Part shown: one piece after another, positions 43,834-58,826 of the stretch
Position numbering within the stretch: position 1 is the first letter of the stretch
How the letters are laid out: every line of letters starts with the position of its first letter
Source of the DNA: Eledone cirrhosa
Taxonomy: Eukaryota
Direction: 5' to 3'
Assembly (NCBI GenBank): GCA_964016885.1
Contig: OZ024746.1
Coordinates: forward strand, 39,742,001 to 39,806,000
DNA length: 64,000 nt
The notes under the pieces: generated by a model
The model's database searches: none
What the model was told of the DNA's origin: nothing
The model's input: the letters and a program-made list of their open reading frames with translations, nothing else
Program-made: the position numbers and the translations under genes

Positions 43834-46436
43834 TACAGTTTAATTAGCCAGTCTATAAACATGCAACCACTACTCGTAACTAACCGCAGCAACCCAATAA
43901 ATGGACAACAAATTCAACAAACTCACCAGCCAACGAGCTAATCATAAAATGTCGATATGCTTAATCAAGTTTCAGCAACGAACAGTCCCGTAGGCATCAA
44001 AACAACTTTAATATCACCAAAGGAAAGAAAAGAAGCTCAATCATTATTGTGAAAAAAAAAAATCAAAGTCTTATTAAACTTGTTCTACCACTTCTGTAGA
44101 TGTTTAGCTTTCATTGATTAACCGAACTAAATCAAATTATGTTTTCAAATTAAATGTTAACGATAACCAAATCCTTGTTAAAAGAAACTCAAAACATAGG
44201 TCTTAATTTAGGTTTGAACATTGAGTAAGACAATTGTTATGAGGTTGAAGTGTTAATTTCTTGACGTATGAAAACTGAATGTGTTTCCAAAATATCTTTC
44301 ATGCTTATGTAAAAGTAGGCAGCAAAAAGATATGGTTGGGTCTCGTCAAATCTTTCTATGGTTATTGCTTGGTACTAATGTCATATAATACTGAGTTCCA
44401 ATCTTATCAAAGATAACTTATTGTATGGATCTTGCCGAAGATTAAGTTTCTCACTCTGACTAGTTTCGGACAGATGTTGGTTTCCAAAGCACTAAAGATG
44501 ACACAGCTTTATCTGTGGCACGTTTCCAATAGCCTCTAAATCTCACTCTCTTTTTTAAACACAACATCAGAAATACGGGGGAGACCATCATATATTTCTC
44601 TATATTGCCTCTAGCTTATGATCTGAGCCTGACGAAACAAGGATCTATATGTTCCATTGAGGCGCTTTTTATTTCATAGTAATTTTCCAAGTTTCACTAC
44701 CATATGTAAGCTGCTAGAAAGAATTCAAATATAAACTTCATTTGATGCTTTGGCACAATACGCTGCATTATTTTAGGGGTTTAATTTAACTTTACATTGA
44801 ATTTACGGAAGAAATATTAAGATTTATGGATGTATAACAAAACATATAATTCCTATAAGAAACTTGCTTTGTTCAACCAACTAGACTCCACATCAAATAT
44901 TATATAGCATAGGTCATATTTAAACTAAAGGATCACTTATCTAAAATATGTAACATGGGGCATATTAAATGTAAGCAATCATTTATATAACACAAGGCGT
45001 ATTAGATATTAGAAATCGCCTATATAAGACAGAACACATTTAATCAAATTAAGTACTTTCCCTGGATCCAAAGCAATCGCTTAGGTTCAGAAGTGCATAC
45101 TAGACTGAACTAAATCAGGATGTTTAACAAAAACCTGAATCAATAATCTGCAAGGATGTAATAATACTCCGAAATTGATAGACTCCATGTTATAGAGTGG
45201 TTTGTTTTATCAATACGATATACATTGTGAATCAGTGCAAATCGAGAATCAATAGCTTCAACTCCATTTCATATATTTCTGTGATGAAGTTTCAAGGTTA
45301 CGAATCCATCTTAGACATGAAACCAGTAATCAAAGGACATAATATGATTGAGCTGTATGCAAACTCAATTAAAATTCGATCAATTTCCATTCAATTACAG
45401 CCTATGCCCAGCTATACATAAATACTCACACGCACACAACTACTACTGCATCGCTGGCAAAATATCTTATAAGTGCAATGGGAGACTGCAAGTAATAACT
45501 AAACATAAATCTTCGAACGTCAATAAGCTTAATTCATAGCACAGTGATGGAAGGTTGAATTTCTGTAAGCATATGAAACTACCCGCAGTGATTCGTGATG
45601 ATAGAGTGTCCAACTACTATTAATCCGTCACCCAATACAGCTTCCTGTCGATGGACAAATTATTTAGCTCTCGTCTATGTCTCCGCGTGACTGTAAAAAT
45701 GATACCATGCATAGGAGCTATTCTCAACATTATAATTAATGTGTTTGTCATTAGTTAAGTTCAAATCCTCCTGTAGATATGGAATGAGCAACGTGAATGT
45801 ATTGGTTCCGCTAAAACATTCTGAAAGCAGCAGGACTATCGGGTGTTCAATTTTCGTAATATCTTCAACAATATAAATCGATAGGAATTAAGAATAGCTG
45901 CAATAATGAAAAAGAATAATAATTCCTTATATTGATACAAGGCCAGACATTTTGGGTGGAGGAAACAGTCATTTATATCGACCTCAGTACTTAACTGGTA
46001 CTTTATTCCATCAACCACGGAAGTTTGAAATAAAGTACTAATAAAGTACTATGGGTTTATATATTTGACTAACAAAAAAAGAAAGTGTTCCAACTGGTTT
46101 TCACTAGCCATGTATGCGTGAGAGCAAGCAAGCAAACAAGCGCGCGCGCGTATGTTTGTGTGTGTCTCCATGACTGCTTGACCAGAGTTTGTCTCTACGA
46201 GACACACGTCTAAGCAGTGTGTTTATTGGAAGACCAACAGTCACCCATGAATACCAGTGTCCCCTCATCATGACACCTATGTCATCCAAGGGAAACCCCA
46301 CTACAGATTGGCACCAGTCTTGCTGAAAATCATGTTTCTTTTCAAGCTGAGTAGACTGGAACAAAGCAAAATAAAATTACTTACTCAAGGATACAATTCA
46401 TCACCCTGTCTGGAAATCGAACTCAGCCACGATGTG

Positions 46437-46517
46437 GAGTGACTGTTCCAGGGCGTCTCCCTCGCTGTCCTCCGGGGCAATGTCTTCTCCATCCTGTCGA
46501 CCGGGATCACGAGATGA
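46437..46517 (+). mobile_element. Second CRE-like 3' fragment
   Basis: [22 protein letters not shown], homologous to 17510-17580. Confidence 0.65.
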
Positions 46518-46616
46518 ACTGTCCCTTAAGGTTCATTTATGGTGGTGTCATATGGATTAGATTTACTTACATAAGCATGATTAGTAAGAAAGTGAAATAT
46601 TTAAATACACAAATAA

Positions 46617-47466
<850 letters not shown>

Positions 47467-47511
47467 TAAACAAATAATGAACAAACAATTCCTTATATTA
47501 AACAAAAAAAG

Positions 47512-47666
47512 TTCACTATTTAACGATCGTTTCTAGGGTATATATGTGTTATAATTGGTATGCATATTTAACAGATCTATGTACAAAATTATACAAAATT
47601 ATACAAATTATCAAGATTAAATATACATACCTAACTCATATATACGCCGTCTTCAGAAATAATGAA
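47512..47666 (-). ncRNA. Hammerhead ribozyme with extended helix II (mirror copy)
   Basis: Reverse complement of 56781-56935. Confidence 0.75.
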
Positions 47667-48438
47667 GTATATTTATTGATAATAACAACAATTCAAAATA
47701 TCAGTTCAAAATTGACCAATGAAAACACAAAGGGTTAAAAGCAGTTTGGTGTGTGTATATACATGTAAAAACCTTACACATATTTTACAATAATGTGTGT
47801 ATAATTTGTATGTGCATATTAAAAAGATGGATGCAAACACAAAATTTCAAGGTTAATATCTCTGTAAGCTTAATGCGCTGATAAGATACGCAATGATACT
47901 TATGGAGTCAAGCATATAAATATATTTTTTTCATACTCACACATATCAGTATAATCACACATACATGTGCGTATATGCATAAATATACACATAACCACGA
48001 ACATACAAACACACACACTCCCCCACTCACATTTATATATGTGGATATAAAATCATAAGCAAATAGAAATTAAGTCACTCACATAAAAACACTGGTACAC
48101 ACATTTCAAGATCAAGATACAGAAATTAGGTGGGAGGGGGGGGGGGAGGGGTCAGTATTAGATTGTCAGACCAGACTGCCTAATATAAATGTATCTATAA
48201 ATTAAGAAAAATAAAAAAATAAAAACAATAAAATATAATAAATATAATATAATGTACATATACATATACAGATATACATACACATACATACATGTACGCG
48301 CACATAGAGATATCTACACATACATACATACACACATACCTATACAGACATACACACACATACATTTACACGAACATACACATACACATATAAAAAGATA
48401 TAAATACACACACACTCACGCGCAACACATACACACAT

Positions 48439-48489
<51 letters not shown>

Positions 48490-48496
48490 TAGACTC

Positions 48497-48528
<32 letters not shown>

Positions 48529-48821
48529 ATACAAACATATATATCCACACACTCATACCACCATAAATACACATACAAACACCCACATGTATATATATAT
48601 ATATATATATATATCCACATACACACACGTACACATATATATACACACACATATATACACATACATATATATATATATACACACATAAAAAACAGACATG
48701 CACATATATATATATATATATATATTTCATTACTCTTATATATACACATAGTATATATACATACACAACCTCACTTATAGACATATACACATAAGTTATA
48801 TTACAATAATAATAAAGAATA

Positions 48822-48856
<35 letters not shown>

Positions 48857-50809
48857 TATATACATATATACATATATATATATATACACATACATACATA
48901 CACACACATACATACACATAAATATATACATACATAAATACACACATACGAATAAAGACATATATTCACACATAGACACCTATATACACATATATATATA
49001 TATATATATATATCTATATATATATACATACATATATATATATATATACATATATATATACACATACACACACACACACACACACAGACACACATACATA
49101 CTCACATATATATATATATATATGTGTATGTAAGTGTGCGCAAATACACATATATATACACACACACATACAAACACATACAAACACATACATATGCATA
49201 CTTGCACACACACACACATATATCACATAGATACGAAGATAAACATATAAATAGAGAGACATACAAATATATACAGAACCCATATACACATACATACAAA
49301 CACGCATATACATATACATACATATATACACATATATATATTCCTATATACAAGCATACACATACATACACATATATACATATACATACACATATACATA
49401 CCACACATTCACATACACATACATATATAATACATATATATACATATATATACATACATATGTATGTACAATCATATATACACACTCAATCTTACATTCA
49501 TATTTACATGCTCATATATGTATTTTTATATTTAGAAATAAATACCAAAACCTATATAGACACCCACCTACACATATATTCATACATATACGCTTACAAA
49601 AACAGATGATAATAGTATGGGGGAAAGGGGGGGTTTGGAGAAGGGGATCAAAGTAAATATATGTTTCAAGAAACATATAATATTTTCCGTATCTTAATTC
49701 AATGTATGTTCTTACATATTTTCAGTGCTAGGAAATACGAAATCTATGCATCTCAAAACAAAAAAGTATACCATTAATCATATGTTAACTAAACCAAAGA
49801 TAGTCAACATATTGAGTTCCAAGGTGTAAATTAGTTAGGTTTATAATATTTGAAGCAGAATTATGAAGTCAAACAGTAGTAGATTATTAATTACATTATA
49901 ACTAAATTAAAGTTAATAACGTTATGGTATCAATATTAGGAGATGAATTTAGTAATAGGGAAAAGAAACCCAAATAAAAATAAAATAAAGTATTACATCG
50001 GTAGTAGCATATAAATTATATGTTAACTAAATTAAAAATTATATATTTATTTCAATAGTATACGTTAATTAGTATATGTTAATTAGGTATACAATACATA
50101 AAGCAGATATTGTATTTCATCAATAGCATAATATAATTATATGCAAATAAAAATTAAAATTAATACGCATACATATACATATACATACACATACACATAC
50201 ATATACATATACACACATATATATATATATATACATATATATACACACATATATACATATATAGTCACATAAATATACATACAGATACACATACAACACA
50301 CACATATACATATACATATAGATATACATATCTTTTTCAAAAAATTGCACAGAATATATTAACTAGGTATATATCCAAAACACATCCCATTCTATGATTA
50401 CATGACATTCTGCAATTCGTCTGTACAAGGATACTAATTTTAAGCAAATTAAAATTAAAGTTTTAGGTTGATTAAAACTAAAACCAAATAATAAATATAT
50501 TTCCAAAATGTATATTAATTAGGTCTATAATACTAAAAATTCTTTCTCCGTCATAGGATACATGATATTATTTTGTTATATTTTATCTGTAAAAGAATTA
50601 TAATAAAAAAAAAAAAAAATTATAATAAAAGGTTAAAATAAATTAAAATTAATCTATAAATTAAATTACTGAGTATATATTAGTAATATTTAAAGGTTTT
50701 TCAAAATTTATGATTACATAATATTTTCTCATCTGTAATAAAATATTAATTAAATTAAATTTATAGGTTAACTAACATTTAAATTAAATTAAATTCTAGA
50801 ATAATGTTA

Positions 50810-52480
50810 TTAATTAGGTTTATAATATTTAAATGTTTTTTTTAGTTTATGATTACACGATATAATTAATTCCTGTCTTTTATTTAATAAGATATCCCTA
50901 GACTTCATTATTTCAAATAGTTCTTGGGAACATAATCTACATTCCTTTCTATTATTTTGATAAGGGGTGGCTCTTTTGAGCACACTCCAGGTCAAATCAT
51001 ATTTTATATTTTTATTTTTATAACTATTGATTTTTTCTGCTAGAGATGTTGTATTAGCCAGTGCGGCATTTTTAAAGCTATGTTTGTGGGTATTATACCT
51101 TGTCTTAAAATTGTTAGAGGTAGCTCCTATATATGAGCAAATAGAATCTTTAGTTTTAACATTACATTTATAGACTATGTTGTTAACCAGACAATTCCCT
51201 TTTAATGGGCAGTTTGTTTTGTTTCTACAGTTACATCCTTTCGTTAATTCTGTATTTGAGGAGATATTATTGTTAATTTGATGTACTGGTGGTATACTTA
51301 TGGTTTTCTTACATTTATATGCATTATATGCACTTATATTTTGTTTTATGTTATTTGTTGTAGAGTATGAGAATTTAACTGTAGACCTATTTAAGATTTG
51401 ATGGTATTTGTGGTTTGGCGGGAAGTTTTTCTCAAGGATATAAAAAAATTTTTTAGCAATATTATCCTTAACTTGTAAATTAAAAGGAGCATTATACCAA
51501 GTAACTCGTCTATTACGGTTTCTATGTTGTTTATTATTTTTATTATTTTTATATGTTGTATCATGATTTTTACTAGGAGGATTAATGTTAATGATCTCAC
51601 CACAACTATTTTTAGTTATATTTGTAGATTTAGGTGTTTTATCTATTTTATTAGGAGTTTTATTATTAATATTTATTATAGTTGTATGATGAGTAGTTTT
51701 TTGAGGGTTACTATACTTTATATTAGAAGATTTAGTATTTTGGGGTATACTGTGGGTGGCATTTAGGTGTGTACTTTTCATTTGGTGTTTGTTGGTAATA
51801 TTATGCTGTATGCTTTCAGTATTTTTAGTAGAAGGTATATACTCTAATCTATTTTTGTGGCCACTTCTATCTAGAGCTTCATTATAAAAGGTCGCATTTT
51901 TATCAAATACATCTTGGTTAGAAGAAAGGTTAGAAATTCTAAGTGATATATTATATGCAAGGTTTTTAAGGATAGATTTAGGGTGATTAGATTGTGAGTG
52001 TATGTAATGTAAGTTTTGGTTAGGTTTATGGTAAGGTTGGTATATACCCGTAGCTAAATCTAAAGTTATATCTAGGAAATTTACTACTTTACTTGTTTTT
52101 TCAAAAGTAATATTAAGATTATAATAGTCTTTAAGGAAAGTTCTAATATGCTTTTTGTTTTTTTCGATTTCTGAAAGGCTAAGGTTGTTAGAAAGAAGAA
52201 GACAGTCATCACGATATAAACCACCTTTGAGGTGGGGAAAAGAGGCATTTATGTTGAAAAGGAGAAAGAGGCCCACAAGATCAGTAATTTGGGCGGAATC
52301 GCTTGAACCCATAGTAATATCAAAAAGATTACTGTATGTGTTTCTGGTCCAGTATTCATTCTGAAATTCAATAAGTGTTTGTCTAGCATGTGTAATAATG
52401 TTAATGTCATCCGAAGTTAAATTAGATCTATTTTTAGCAAATATTAATGCTTTGTTCAGAAGTATGGGTGATATAGAAGA
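50810..52480 (-). CDS. PLE reverse transcriptase + GIY-YIG endonuclease, 5'-truncated within the RT
   Basis: The frame is open upstream of the tracked Met: SSISPILLNKALIFAK...LFDITMGSSDSAQITDLVGLFLL. Further motifs: GLYRDDCL, VNFLDITLDL, YHKPN..HPKSI, VTWYNAPFN, CNCR..CPLKGNCL, IVYK..YIGAT..FKTRYNTHKHSF, CRLC..E, LLNKRQE..C.H. These are typical of Naiad-type PLEs. Confidence 0.93.
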   Translation of the reverse strand, partial: SSISPILLNKALIFAKNRSNLTSDDINIITHARQTLIEFQNEYWTRNTYSNLFDITMGSSDSAQITDLVGLFLLFNINASFPHLKGGLYRDDCLLLSNNLSLSEIEKNKKHIRTFLKDYYNLNITFEKTSKVVNFLDITLDLATGIYQPYHKPNQNLHYIHSQSNHPKSILKNLAYNISLRISNLSSNQDVFDKNATFYNEALDRSGHKNRLEYIPSTKNTESIQHNITNKHQMKSTHLNATHSIPQNTKSSNIKYSNPQKTTHHTTIININNKTPNKIDKTPKSTNITKNSCGEIININPPSKNHDTTYKNNKNNKQHRNRNRRVTWYNAPFNLQVKDNIAKKFFYILEKNFPPNHKYHQILNRSTVKFSYSTTNNIKQNISAYNAYKCKKTISIPPVHQINNNISSNTELTKGCNCRNKTNCPLKGNCLVNNIVYKCNVKTKDSICSYIGATSNNFKTRYNTHKHSFKNAALANTTSLAEKINSYKNKNIKYDLTWSVLKRATPYQNNRKECRLCSQELFEIMKSRDILLNKRQELIISCNHKLKKTFKYYKPN

Positions 52481-52486
52481 ATTATA

Positions 52487-53644
52487 AAAAACCTTGCATA
52501 TAATATATCACTTAGAATTTCTAACCTTTCTTCTAACCAAGATGTATTTGATAAAAATGCGACCTTTTATAATGAAGCTCTAGATAGAAGTGGCCACAAA
52601 AATAGATTAGAGTATATACCTTCTACTAAAAATACTGAAAGCATACAGCATAATATTACCAACAAACACCAAATGAAAAGTACACACCTAAATGCCACCC
52701 ACAGTATACCCCAAAATACTAAATCTTCTAATATAAAGTATAGTAACCCTCAAAAAACTACTCATCATACAACTATAATAAATATTAATAATAAAACTCC
52801 TAATAAAATAGATAAAACACCTAAATCTACAAATATAACTAAAAATAGTTGTGGTGAGATCATTAACATTAATCCTCCTAGTAAAAATCATGATACAACA
52901 TATAAAAATAATAAAAATAATAAACAACATAGAAACCGTAATAGACGAGTTACTTGGTATAATGCTCCTTTTAATTTACAAGTTAAGGATAATATTGCTA
53001 AAAAATTTTTTTATATCCTTGAGAAAAACTTCCCGCCAAACCACAAATACCATCAAATCTTAAATAGGTCTACAGTTAAATTCTCATACTCTACAACAAA
53101 TAACATAAAACAAAATATAAGTGCATATAATGCATATAAATGTAAGAAAACCATAAGTATACCACCAGTACATCAAATTAACAATAATATCTCCTCAAAT
53201 ACAGAATTAACGAAAGGATGTAACTGTAGAAACAAAACAAACTGCCCATTAAAAGGGAATTGTCTGGTTAACAACATAGTCTATAAATGTAATGTTAAAA
53301 CTAAAGATTCTATTTGCTCATATATAGGAGCTACCTCTAACAATTTTAAGACAAGGTATAATACCCACAAACATAGCTTTAAAAATGCCGCACTGGCTAA
53401 TACAACATCTCTAGCAGAAAAAATCAATAGTTATAAAAATAAAAATATAAAATATGATTTGACCTGGAGTGTGCTCAAAAGAGCCACCCCTTATGAAAAT
53501 AATAGAAAGGAATGTAGATTATGTTCCCAAGAACTATTTGAAATAATGAAGTCTAGGGATATCTTATTAAATAAAAGACAGGAATTAATTATATCGTGTA
53601 ATCATAAACTAAAAAAAACATTTAAATATTATAAACCTAATTAA
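52487..53644 (+). CDS. More truncated inverted copy of the same ORF (RT thumb, linker and GIY-YIG)
   Basis: Same translation as the minus-strand copy except PYEN versus PYQN. Confidence 0.9.
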   Translation, partial: KNLAYNISLRISNLSSNQDVFDKNATFYNEALDRSGHKNRLEYIPSTKNTESIQHNITNKHQMKSTHLNATHSIPQNTKSSNIKYSNPQKTTHHTTIININNKTPNKIDKTPKSTNITKNSCGEIININPPSKNHDTTYKNNKNNKQHRNRNRRVTWYNAPFNLQVKDNIAKKFFYILEKNFPPNHKYHQILNRSTVKFSYSTTNNIKQNISAYNAYKCKKTISIPPVHQINNNISSNTELTKGCNCRNKTNCPLKGNCLVNNIVYKCNVKTKDSICSYIGATSNNFKTRYNTHKHSFKNAALANTTSLAEKINSYKNKNIKYDLTWSVLKRATPYENNRKECRLCSQELFEIMKSRDILLNKRQELIISCNHKLKKTFKYYKPN

Positions 53645-54200
53645 TAACATTATTCTAGAATTTAATTTAATTTAAATGTTAGTTAACCTATAAATTTAAT
53701 TTAATTAATATTTTATTACAGATGAGAAAATATTATGTAATCATAAATTTTGAAAAACCTTTAAATATTACTAATATATACTCAGTAATTTAATTTATAG
53801 ATTAATTTTAATTTATTTTAACCTTTTATTATAATTTTTTTTTTTTTTTATTATAATTCTTTTACAGATAAAATATAACAAAATAATATCATGTATCCTA
53901 TGACGGAGAAAGAATTTTTAGTATTATAGACCTAATTAATATACATTTTGGAAATATATTTATTATTTGGTTTTAGTTTTAATCAACCTAAAACTTTAAT
54001 TTTAATTTGCTTAAAATTAGTATCCTTGTACAGACGAATTGCAGAATGTCATGTAATCATAGAATGGGATGTGTTTTGGATATATACCTAGTTAATATAT
54101 TCTGTGCAATTTTTTGAAAAAGATATGTATATCTATATGTATATGTATATGTGTGTGTTGTATGTGTATCTGTATGTATATTTATGTGACTATATATGTA

Positions 54201-54243
<43 letters not shown>

Positions 54244-55589
54244 ATATGTATATGTATGTGTATGTGTATGTATATGTATATGTATGCGTATTAATTTTAA
54301 TTTTTATTTGCATATAATTATATTATGCTATTGATGAAATACAATATCTGCTTTATGTATTGTATACCTAATTAACATATACTAATTAACGTATACTATT
54401 GAAATAAATATATAATTTTTAATTTAGTTAACATATAATTTATATGCTACTACCGATGTAATACTTTATTTTATTTTTATTTGGGTTTCTTTTCCCTATT
54501 ACTAAATTCATCTCCTAATATTGATACCATAACGTTATTAACTTTAATTTAGTTATAATGTAATTAATAATCTACTACTGTTTGACTTCATAATTCTGCT
54601 TCAAATATTATAAACCTAACTAATTTACACCTTGGAACTCAATATGTTGACTATCTTTGGTTTAGTTAACATATGATTAATGGTATACTTTTTTGTTTTG
54701 AGATGCATAGATTTCGTATTTCCTAGCACTGAAAATATGTAAGAACATACATTGAATTAAGATACGGAAAATATTATATGTTTCTTGAAACATATATTTA
54801 CTTTGATCCCCTTCTCCAAACCCCCCCTTTCCCCCATACTATTATCATCTGTTTTTGTAAGCGTATATGTATGAATATATGTGTAGGTGGGTGTCTATAT
54901 AGGTTTTGGTATTTATTTCTAAATATAAAAATACATATATGAGCATGTAAATATGAATGTAAGATTGAGTGTGTATATATGATTGTACATACATATGTAT
55001 GTATATATATGTATATATATGTATTATATATGTATGTGTATGTGAATGTGTGGTATGTATATGTGTATGTATATGTATATATGTGTATGTATGTGTATGC
55101 TTGTATATAGGAATATATATATGTGTATATATGTATGTATATGTATATGCGTGTTTGTATGTATGTGTATATGGGTTCTGTATATATTTGTATGTCTCTC
55201 TATTTATATGTTTATCTTCGTATCTATGTGATATATGTGTGTGTGTGTGCAAGTATGCATATGTATGTGTTTGTATGTGTTTGTATGTGTGTGTGTATAT
55301 ATATGTGTATTTGCGCACACTTACATACACATATATATATATATATATGTGAGTATGTATGTGTGTCTGTGTGTGTGTGTGTGTGTGTATGTGTATATAT
55401 ATATGTATATATATATATATATGTATGTATATATATATAGATATATATATATATATATATATATGTGTATATAGGTGTCTATGTGTGAATATATGTCTTT
55501 ATTCGTATGTGTGTATTTATGTATGTATATATTTATGTGTATGTATGTGTGTGTATGTATGTATGTGTATATATATATATATGTATATA

Positions 55590-55624
<35 letters not shown>

Positions 55625-55917
55625 TATTCTTTATTATTATTGTAATATAACTTATGTGTATATGTCTATAAGTGAGGTTGTGTATGTATATATACTATGT
55701 GTATATATAAGAGTAATGAAATATATATATATATATATATATGTGCATGTCTGTTTTTTATGTGTGTATATATATATATATGTATGTGTATATATGTGTG
55801 TGTATATATATGTGTACGTGTGTGTATGTGGATATATATATATATATATATATATACATGTGGGTGTTTGTATGTGTATTTATGGTGGTATGAGTGTGTG
55901 GATATATATGTTTGTAT

Positions 55918-55949
<32 letters not shown>

Positions 55950-55956
55950 GAGTCTA

Positions 55957-56007
<51 letters not shown>

Positions 56008-56780
56008 ATGTGTGTATGTGTTGCGCGTGAGTGTGTGTGTATTTATATCTTTTTATATGTGTATGTGTATGTTCGTGTAAATGTATGTGTGTGTATGACT
56101 GTATAGGTATGTGTGTATGTATGTATGTGTAGATATCTCTATGTGCGCGTACATGTATGTATGTGTATGTATATCTGTATATGTATATGTACATTATATT
56201 ATATTTATTATATTTTATTGTTTTTATTTTTTTATTTTTCTTAATTTATAGATACATTTATATTAGGCAGTCTGGTCTGACAATCTAATACTGACCCCTC
56301 CCCCCCCCCCCTCCCACCTAATTTCTGTATCTTGATCTTGAAATGTGTGTACCAGTGTTTTTATGTGAGTGACTTAATTTCTATTTGCTTATGATTTTAT
56401 ATCCACATATATAAATGTGAGTGGGGGAGTGTGTGTGTTTGTATGTTCGTGGTTATGTGTATATTTATGCATATACGCACATGTATGTGTGATTATACTG
56501 ATATGTGTGAGTATGAAAAAAATATATTTATATGCTTGACTCCATAAGTATCATTGCGTATCTTATCAGCGCATTAAGCTTACAGAGATATTAACCTTGA
56601 AATTTTGTGTTTGCATCCATCTTTTTAATATGCACATACAAATTATACACACATTATTGTAAAATATGTGTAAGGTTTTTACATGTATATACACACACCA
56701 AACTGCTTTTAACCCTTTGTGTTTTCATTGGTCAATTTTGAACTGATATTTTGAATTGTTGTTATTATCAATAAATATAC

Positions 56781-56935
56781 TTCATTATTTCTGAAGACGG
56801 CGTATATATGAGTTAGGTATGTATATTTAATCTTGATAATTTGTATAATTTTGTATAATTTTGTACATAGATCTGTTAAATATGCATACCAATTATAACA
56901 CATATATACCCTAGAAACGATCGTTAAATAGTGAA
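56781..56935 (+). ncRNA. Type I hammerhead ribozyme with a 116-nt helix II domain
   Basis: TTCATTATTT-CTGAAGA-...-GAAA-C-GATC-GTT-AAATAGTGAA. It has a 10-bp helix I and a palindromic helix III CGATCG. Confidence 0.75.
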
Positions 56936-57120
56936 CTTTTTTTGTTTAATATAAGGAATTGTTTGTTCATTATTTGTTTAATATTTTATCTTGACTCTGT
57001 ATACCGTTTATTTTTCACCGAAAGTGGATTTTCATTACATCTCTTCTTTCCATGATATCCGGAATACATTGAGTTCTTCATACGGATTGGACACTACCGT
57101 AAACTCTTGGTAGATTTATC

Positions 57121-57776
<656 letters not shown>

Positions 57777-58168
57777 TGCCTTCTAACGTTAAAAGAAAAA
57801 AAGAAGGAAAACTGCTAGCTTTGAAGCTGAAGGTGAAAGTTCAATAGTTTACTTTGCCAATATCAGAAACGAAAACCTTGTCATATTTTATATTTAAATG
57901 ATGGAAGCTTTACATGGCAGATTTGTGAAAACAATCTATTGTTTCCTCCAATCAAGACTTCTTTACTTTGCTTAATTTCTTTGGCACACTTTCATACTTT
58001 CATTCTGCCACACCTTCCACACATATTCTCCACACACACATCCCTCTACACATATACATTCCACACACACACACGTACACACACAAACACATCCCTCCAC
58101 ACACATCAGTTATACTTTCAGCCACTCTTATTCTCTGCATGTTCATTTCACGCGCAGGCTGTCAGAAC

Positions 58169-58299
<131 letters not shown>

Positions 58300-58639
58300 G
58301 TATTTGTGAGTGTGTGTGATTGTGTATGTGTATATATATATATATATATATACATACATTTAAAGACCCTCATCGGTTATGTCATGATTGACCATGGGAT
58401 TTGATTTGCATCTAGAAAGTTCTCCTCCGAGACACAATTCTGGGCAAGGTTTTTTGTGGAAGACCAGTAGTCACCCATACATATCAGTCTCCCTTCTCCA
58501 CACCAGCGATGTTGTCCAAGAGAGAGGCTAAGGCCCATACAGTTTGGCACCAGTGACGTCGCAACTCATTTCTACAATTAAGTGAACTCGAACAACGTGA
58601 AATAAAGTGTTTTGTTCAATAACTATACATATATTATAT

Positions 58640-58826
58640 ATAATTGTTTCTACTTTTGGCACATGGCCAGCAAATATCCAGTTCATTACTGGTACTTTAT
58701 TTTATCGACCCCGTAAGGATGAAAAGCAAAGTTAACCTCGGCTGGATTTGAACTCAGAATGGCAAGGGCCGTAACTCTTTGCGTCAAAGCATGGCGTCCG
58801 ACCCTCTACCGATACTACCAATCCAC
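58640..58826 (-). mobile_element. Full-length SINE, family A
   Basis: Reverse complement of the family consensus; close to 28880-29067. Confidence 0.85.

Larger units (their letters stand above)
47458..57121. mobile_element. Large hairpin insertion of a Naiad-like Penelope-like retroelement: left arm 47458-51967, spacer 51968-52486, right arm 52487-56989, tail 56990-57121
   Basis: Near-identical inverted arms of ~4.5 kb, an RT + GIY-YIG ORF, terminal HHRs and (TA)n flanks. Confidence 0.92.

Noticed and set aside
44950-45720. Coding-like composition here, and at 16560-16800, 32520-32770 and 63420-63860
   Set aside because: No sustained ORF or recognisable motif. These may be decayed transposon sequence but cannot be assigned without a homology search.
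50810-53644. Selenoprotein recoding, as reported for some Naiad elements
   Set aside because: There is no in-frame TGA in the visible ORF, and the conserved Cys motifs use TGT/TGC. The missing N-terminus cannot be assessed.
47458-56989. Fold-back sequencing or assembly artefact as the cause of the large inverted repeat
   Set aside because: The arms differ slightly, there is a 519-bp spacer and a one-sided tail, the flanks are not inverted, and older elements share the architecture. It is not fully excluded without reads.
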